Shown in pieces: positions 15,501 to 20,000 of a DNA stretch of 20,000 bases. Source of the stretch: an uncultured virus (IMG/VR IMGVR_UViG_3300030390_001073) (taxonomy: Duplodnaviria > Heunggongvirae > Uroviricota > Caudoviricetes); IMG/VR virus record IMGVR_UViG_3300030390_001073. One strand, 5' to 3'. The notes under the pieces were generated by a model, which did no database searches, was not told where the DNA came from, and saw nothing but the letters and a program-made list of their open reading frames with translations. The position numbers were made by a program, and so were the translations under genes. Positions within the stretch are counted from its first letter, which is position 1. Each line of letters opens with the position of its first letter.

Positions 15501-18500
15501 AATACAGTTGCTCTAAAGTTATCTTCATTTACCTTAGCCATCTTTTTTATTAATCTATCTAACTTAGCTTTATTAATATTATCTGACTTAGGTATTAGTG
15601 CTTGTATTACGTTTTGTAATTTATTTCTAGTAGCTAAATTAACTTTGTCTTGTTTTTTACGACCTCTTAATTCAGAAAGAATTTCATTTATTTCTCTTTG
15701 TGTTTGCACACCTGCCTTGCTTCCTAACATCTTATCATAAGCAACAATCAAGTTTTGTCTGTCTAATTCAGATAAGCTTTTAAATTTTTCATTGCTTTCA
15801 ATTTCTTTTTTCCTAGCTTCTCTCTCTGATTTATTATTAGTACGTTTACCTTCAGCTTTATCTTTTGCTTGTCTAGCTTCACGAACTTGGTCTAGTTCTT
15901 GCAGGATTTCTCTACCAACATTTATACCACCTTCTATATTAGCAAACGCAGGAGGTACTTGTATGTTAATAGCCATATCATCTACTGCTTTTTTAGCATC
16001 TGTTCTAGACAATTTATTTCTTTTAACTAATACCTCAATTATTTGATTCTTTGTAAACCCTAATTGTCTTCCACGATAAATAACGTCTTCTACTGACAAT
16101 CCTTTTCTAAATGCTAATTCAGGATTTTTTAAAGCTTTCTTTTGTATATCTGTTAAAGCTATTTCTTTACCACTAAATATATCTGCTAATGCAGTTCCAA
16201 TAAACTTATCAAGATTCATGTCTCGAATCTCTTGTTCGGTCAAGTCTTTAGACATTTTAAATTGACTCTTGATATATTTCCACATACCAAATAACCATTC
16301 TTTAAATTTAGAAAGTAATGTTGAATTAGCTATAGTTTCGCCTTCGTTACCAATTAAAATAGCCATTGTTTCGTCAGCTGCTTTTTTAGAATCGCCATCA
16401 AACTTTTTTAATTGTTTCTTATATTCATCTGTTTTGCTAACTAACTCTACACCTCTTGCATATATACGTTTGCCTTTAGCAGTTGTTTGTAAATAGTCAG
16501 TCCAAATGTGACCCATCTCATGTATTGCTGTATTATATAAAGAGCTTTCATTATTATGTACATCAGGATTTATATATATATCTCCATTTTTAGTAACACC
16601 ATATATTACTTCATTGCCTTTTAAATACTTTTGAGTACCGGGTTCATTGATAACTTGTTGAAACACCTCACTATCTACACTCATCATCACGCTAGGAAAA
16701 GATTTGTTAATGAAGTTTACAAGTTTATTAATATTGCTTTGGTTATAATTAGCTAACGCTCCTATGTAATCTTTAGAAGCTATGCCAATGCCAATGCCTG
16801 TTTGATTAGTTCTTAATTGTTTACCCGTAACTTTTGTGCTAGATTTTTTTACTGTTTTACCTTTTACTTTTTTCTTAGAAGGTGTTTGTTCTTTTTCTAT
16901 TAAACTTCCTAAAGCTTTTTCATATGCTATAGGATAAGCTTTCTCCATTGCCACCGGATTAGATAAAACCCCTATTGATTTTCCTTTAGGTGCAAACGGA
17001 TAGTTAGGATGATTAGATTTAAGAACTTCAGGATTTAAAACATCTACACCTACAACACCAATTATACTTAACTCAGGCACATTTTTTAATTGTGGGTCGG
17101 TAATAATTTCTGCAATGCTTCCAATGTTAACTAATTTATTATTAGATTTATCTTGATTCTCCATTAAAGCTCTAGTAACTGTAGAGCTTTTAGCAATAGT
17201 ACCGGCTTCTTTAGTTTCATTTGGTTTGTTAACCGTACCGTATCCTATTATTTTCATAAGATTAGCTCTAGCTCCAAGTCCTAATTTATCAACAAATGCA
17301 GGTGCTACTACATCATCAATAGAATTAAGGTTATCAGATTCTAACAATGCAATTATATCATTAAATGGTTTCTTTTTATCCGACTTATCTCTTCGGCTTA
17401 TAATTTCTTCCTTCAAAGCTTCTAAAGCTTTTACTCTATTTTCTTCAGGTAACTTAGTAATATTGTCAGCCAAGACTCTAAACATAGCTTCATTAGATAC
17501 AATACCATCTTCAGCCATTTTAACTACATTAACCATAACCAAGCCATTGTAATCAGGATTTTCTTCCCAAAATTTATCGTAAACTTCTTTATTGTTATTA
17601 TATATATTTTGAGCTTTATTAATCATTCCTTGAGCAGTCTTTTCATTAGTGCTTGCCCAAGCAGCGTTTTCATTTCCTACCGTACCATTAAAACCTATAG
17701 CTCCTTTTAAATTATCTATTGTTTTTCCTGTATTTGGATTGACTGTATTACCTGTTGTAAGTTGGTCAGATATAGTAAATGAAGTTGGTAAATCATTTAC
17801 AACATCGAAAGTTGTTTCATTTAATTTATTATCTGTTCTGTTGTTTAATTCATCAACATCTATAGATACACTTTCTTCATCTCTTTCAATTTTAACATTT
17901 ACGTTATCACTTTCTAATTCGTTAATTTTTGAAGTTATATTTTCTACTCTTTCTCTATTTGGTTCAGTAACAGCATCATCTTTTAATCTAAAATTAACTG
18001 ACTCATCTACATCTAGTTGTTGTTCAAGTCTTTCTACAGCTTCCATGTCAACATCCTCAGTTGTTTCCGATTCATAAACAATTTCAAAAGTTCCGTCAGG
18101 ATTAATTTTTTCTATAACAGATACATCATCTAAAGTATAACCACCTTTTATATGACCATCAACGTCATTTTTCATTCTAAGTTTATTGTCAGGTAAAGCA
18201 GAATCTATTACATCTCCTTTATAAGTTACTCTATATTCAGCATCTGTAGCTGTTGTAACTTTTTCTGAGTTGGTAACATCTACACCAAAGGATTTGTTTT
18301 TACCTTCAATAGTTTCATTATTATTAAGAGCATCAACTTCAGATTGTCCTACAAATCTATAAGTAGGTTTAAACTTCCAATCAATTCCATACTTCTCAAA
18401 TCTTTGTTGCATATCAACATCCCCTGCTCTTGCTTTTTCTAAATCACTTATTTCTTGTTGGTTACTTTCTCCGGAAGATTCTTGATTTTCACCGGGTACT

Positions 18501-19999
18501 TGTTCTTCCATTTGTTGAACAGGTCCTTTCGGTTGGCTGCTAGCCATCTCGCTTGTCTCTTGCTTTGTATCGGCATCGGTATCTATTTTTATTAATTCAG
18601 ATGGGTTAAGGTCAATCCCTAACATATCTGCTTCTTTCATTTTTAATTCATTTATTTTTTGAGCTACTATATCTCCTAATTCTTTTCCTAATTTCTCATT
18701 ATCAAACACTTGTATACCAACAGCTGTACGCCAATCGGTCATTTTACTTACATACTTTCTAAATTTATTTTCGTCTTCTGTTGCTACGTTTCCAACTCTA
18801 AATTGAGGTCTTGGTCTATTAAAAGTATTAATTTTAGCAACATCATTCCCTGCTAAACCCTCTGTTAAATTTGTTGGCTTTGTAGAGACTTCTCCCATAA
18901 CAACAGTCTTAGCTATTTCTAAATTTATTTCTTTTAGTTTTTCTTTATATATCTCTCTTCTATTTATATCAGAACCTAAAATTTGTTTAGCATTTATTAA
19001 TTGCATCATTCTTGAAACTACTTGTGGAGAAGCATCTACTCCTGCCATATTAATAGCATCTCTTTTAATCCCAATATTTTTCTTTACATTTTGACCTTGA
19101 GCTTCATCAATTTTGTTTGTTTCAATCATTCTATTTATATAGTCTACAACTTGTTTGTCTGTAGCTTCATTATAATTAGATATAAATCGAGGGTCTGTAA
19201 GGTTTCTAAAAAATTGGTCTCTTTTAGATTCTCTGTTTATTAACATTATATTTACAGCACCATTAGAAACTTGTGTTCCTAAACCTCCACCAATTTCTGC
19301 AACTATTTCTTTGCCATCAAATTCTTGTCTTCCTGTTTCAAAAAACATTTCACTTGTTTGTGCAGCAATTTCACTTGTTGCTTCACCACCTACACCTATA
19401 CCAACTTCTCCAAACAATGCAACACCTACATTTACAGCACCTTTAGCTGAAATAACAGGATTTGTTGCACTTAAAAGTTTTCCGGCTAATCCTGCTGTAA
19501 AATAACTAACAACAGCAATTGGTATACCTCTTGCATGACCTTGTGCATTAGCTTGTTTCCACATTACATCATCCATTAAAGCTGCTTCAACATCTTCAGG
19601 ATTAGTTAAATCATAATCCATAGCAGTCATGGTTTCCATTACAGCATTAGTATATTCCATTGCATAAGCTGTAGCTGCAAAACCTGTTCGCAATCCATAA
19701 CCTAAACCTGTAAGAGCTCCTCCTGCTACAGTTGCAGGATTACCACCTAACGCACCATATCCCGCTCCTACTCCTGCTCCTGTTGCACCACTTACAGTTA
19801 CTATTTGACTACCATATTCTAACATTTGACCTAAACTATTAGCTGACAATTGCATTGCCCACTCTACAGGGTCGTTTTGTATTACATTAAATATTTCTTC
19901 CCATGATTTTGCCTTGTTCCATGCTAACATAGTTCTTGTATCTCCCATAGCAGCTTTGTTTCTAACTCCCTCTACAATAGCTCTTGCTACAGATTTAAC
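12542..19999 (-). CDS. Giant polyvalent / internal virion (ejection) protein, 5'-truncated
   Basis: The frame stays open upstream of ATG 19948 to the window edge (VKSVARAIVEGVRNKAAM...). Gly/Ala-rich hydrophobic N-terminal part, ART-like module, zincin HEMGH, coiled coils, amphipathic/hydrophobic C-terminal region and a basic tail. Confidence 0.85.
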   Translation of the reverse strand, partial: VKSVARAIVEGVRNKAAMGDTRTMLAWNKAKSWEEIFNVIQNDPVEWAMQLSANSLGQMLEYGSQIVTVSGATGAGVGAGYGALGGNPATVAGGALTGLGYGLRTGFAATAYAMEYTNAVMETMTAMDYDLTNPEDVEAALMDDVMWKQANAQGHARGIPIAVVSYFTAGLAGKLLSATNPVISAKGAVNVGVALFGEVGIGVGGEATSEIAAQTSEMFFETGRQEFDGKEIVAEIGGGLGTQVSNGAVNIMLINRESKRDQFFRNLTDPRFISNYNEATDKQVVDYINRMIETNKIDEAQGQNVKKNIGIKRDAINMAGVDASPQVVSRMMQLINAKQILGSDINRREIYKEKLKEINLEIAKTVVMGEVSTKPTNLTEGLAGNDVAKINTFNRPRPQFRVGNVATEDENKFRKYVSKMTDWRTAVGIQVFDNEKLGKELGDIVAQKINELKMKEADMLGIDLNPSELIKIDTDADTKQETSEMASSQPKGPVQQMEEQVPGENQESSGESNQQEISDLEKARAGDVDMQQRFEKYGIDWKFKPTYRFVGQSEVDALNNNETIEGKNKSFGVDVTNSEKVTTATDAEYRVTYKGDVIDSALPDNKLRMKNDVDGHIKGGYTLDDVSVIEKINPDGTFEIVYESETTEDVDMEAVERLEQQLDVDESVNFRLKDDAVTEPNRERVENITSKINELESDNVNVKIERDEESVSIDVDELNNRTDNKLNETTFDVVNDLPTSFTISDQLTTGNTVNPNTGKTIDNLKGAIGFNGTVGNENAAWASTNEKTAQGMINKAQNIYNNNKEVYDKFWEENPDYNGLVMVNVVKMAEDGIVSNEAMFRVLADNITKLPEENRVKALEALKEEIISRRDKSDKKKPFNDIIALLESDNLNSIDDVVAPAFVDKLGLGARANLMKIIGYGTVNKPNETKEAGTIAKSSTVTRALMENQDKSNNKLVNIGSIAEIITDPQLKNVPELSIIGVVGVDVLNPEVLKSNHPNYPFAPKGKSIGVLSNPVAMEKAYPIAYEKALGSLIEKEQTPSKKKVKGKTVKKSSTKVTGKQLRTNQTGIGIGIASKDYIGALANYNQSNINKLVNFINKSFPSVMMSVDSEVFQQVINEPGTQKYLKGNEVIYGVTKNGDIYINPDVHNNESSLYNTAIHEMGHIWTDYLQTTAKGKRIYARGVELVSKTDEYKKQLKKFDGDSKKAADETMAILIGNEGETIANSTLLSKFKEWLFGMWKYIKSQFKMSKDLTEQEIRDMNLDKFIGTALADIFSGKEIALTDIQKKALKNPELAFRKGLSVEDVIYRGRQLGFTKNQIIEVLVKRNKLSRTDAKKAVDDMAINIQVPPAFANIEGGINVGREILQELDQVREARQAKDKAEGKRTNNKSEREARKKEIESNEKFKSLSELDRQNLIVAYDKMLGSKAGVQTQREINEILSELRGRKKQDKVNLATRNKLQNVIQALIPKSDNINKAKLDRLIKKMAKVNEDNFRATVLEVQDIADVIIAKDIKDLRNKISDYVKSKSKAKKSAKKPKAGTVEYRGMEFFKAVDRLMQMTPDELNSKQEELAKKESEIDEALADDLNSQNILNSDQVTLLAEVEAYSRMGNVNEMSLAELEDMFQALKEETKESRKKLLDRIDNRRKEAAKLEREADKDILADNPFLFDESGRPLTPEEINNNRKNILTSLKDNGFVQTARDYAEQFFSGYKNIGASVNPAVTLRQFFDGLLSHTGTVFNMLDGRKGKFFTRVFQKRLTTSNFNREEGIRDSNTELDNIAKKAGITKGRVVGLPQEIYSKPNLELVIDGKRKLFDADMLMSMYAYSKNNDTRKRQKEQGITDEIIEQIQKHLGNKLVAYVDGVVEWLTNTYFEGVNNVYIKNNDVSLEKIQDYFPVAVQFDSRKSQQADLQNPNNYGSAFKGNSPGSVKTRGKKGPLDLNSSFTNKLNNHIQEMERYKAYADTVSLFNKLLNTPSIANLLDATGTTDLVNKLLNYSINGTLGNSTQMNALINFVMGGFISYTLNLKLMQIPKQFTSSIMAFTNFTTEQKGALGTLGRARKKGGITGLAAELPALPLDALMFTFRYAQVLAMTALGKEGGMKTAKRISAGFEKRMADALTGASIAELESGQKLGLNTQVALGEFGIKYVMKLPGLNKIELTPRQLSEKINAFLGAGTTIGDILGVLGYLATYNQDIANGMSEIDATMRFVEYNMTQQSRRDMDKGGLQMEGGLLRLFTTFGSSLLLLLNENAMRFRNISRSLRNQGEEILKGNFKEAFSNENKVNQADVRGLLLSGALAPMFFVMASQMFVLMRGDDKEKEKAYDKIKLAMYGASQLEQVPVLGGTINSFLFYMVKGRKMTAFERNQSTVEPVERITREMMRQFGDNEVLKGLKPAAEFLAGFQFDFFEGGVNIIMNGEDTEQYIYDILGVPQGGRPASGKRGTKKGSGKGISRKILKEFNPKLYETVKNLDAEKRKLKEKLKKK
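16140..16740 (-). other. Zincin-like metallopeptidase domain within the giant protein
   Basis: IYGVTKNGDIYINP...TAIHEMGHIW (HExxH at nt 16508-16522, about aa 1143), then DETMAILIG with a candidate third ligand. Boundaries approximate. Confidence 0.75.
18060..18430 (-). other. Probable ADP-ribosyltransferase-fold domain within the giant protein
   Basis: TYRFVGQSEVDAL...GVDVT...EYRVTY...DVDGHIKGGYTLDDVSVIE follows ART strand order; bounded by acidic low-complexity linkers. Boundaries approximate. Confidence 0.5.
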
Positions 20000-20000
20000 G

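Noticed and set aside
14544..19505. Plus-strand ORFs inside the giant gene
   Set aside because: Antisense shadows with the S/L/F-rich composition typical of a reverse-read coding strand.
12542..19999. crAss-like or N4-like virion RNA polymerase
   Set aside because: No DxDxD catalytic loop in a plausible context in the visible part; KFDGD and DVDGH do not fit.
1..20000. Stop-codon reassignment, CRISPR array, integrase/IS, introns or inteins
   Set aside because: Genes tile tightly under the standard code using TAA, TAG and TGA stops; no spaced repeats, recombinase motifs or interrupted genes were seen.

Overview
AT-rich (roughly 30% GC by eye), densely packed segment of a dsDNA tailed-phage genome. 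The host is most likely a Bacteroidota (Flavobacteriia-like) bacterium: there are three TTWG-N20-TAnnTTTG promoters, A/T-rich leaders ending in A(T/C)T-ATG, and no Shine-Dalgarno motifs. The + strand (1-12555) carries small early hypothetical genes, then a recombination/replication module. That module holds an Nmad1/DUF1599-like protein, two stand-alone DnaA domain-IV proteins, a Rad52/Sak-like annealing protein, a RecE-like exonuclease, an SSB-like protein, a primase-helicase, an SF2 helicase, VRR-NUC, a metallophosphoesterase and a PD-(D/E)XK nuclease. The - strand (12542 to beyond 20000) carries a 5'-truncated polyvalent/ejection-type virion protein of more than 2480 aa, with a zincin HExxH domain and a probable ADP-ribosyltransferase-fold module. 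The most striking non-coding signal is at 213-323: a promoter, then a 27-nt H-type pseudoknot, then a type III hammerhead ribozyme that would cut the pseudoknot off as a ~30-nt RNA. Also notable are a miniature tRNA-like RNA (1401-1444), a long 5'-UTR hairpin (3208-3275), a monocistronic protein with an SSB-like tail, and apparent avoidance of CCAG/CTGG and GATC. All family calls come from motif recognition by eye, not database searches.
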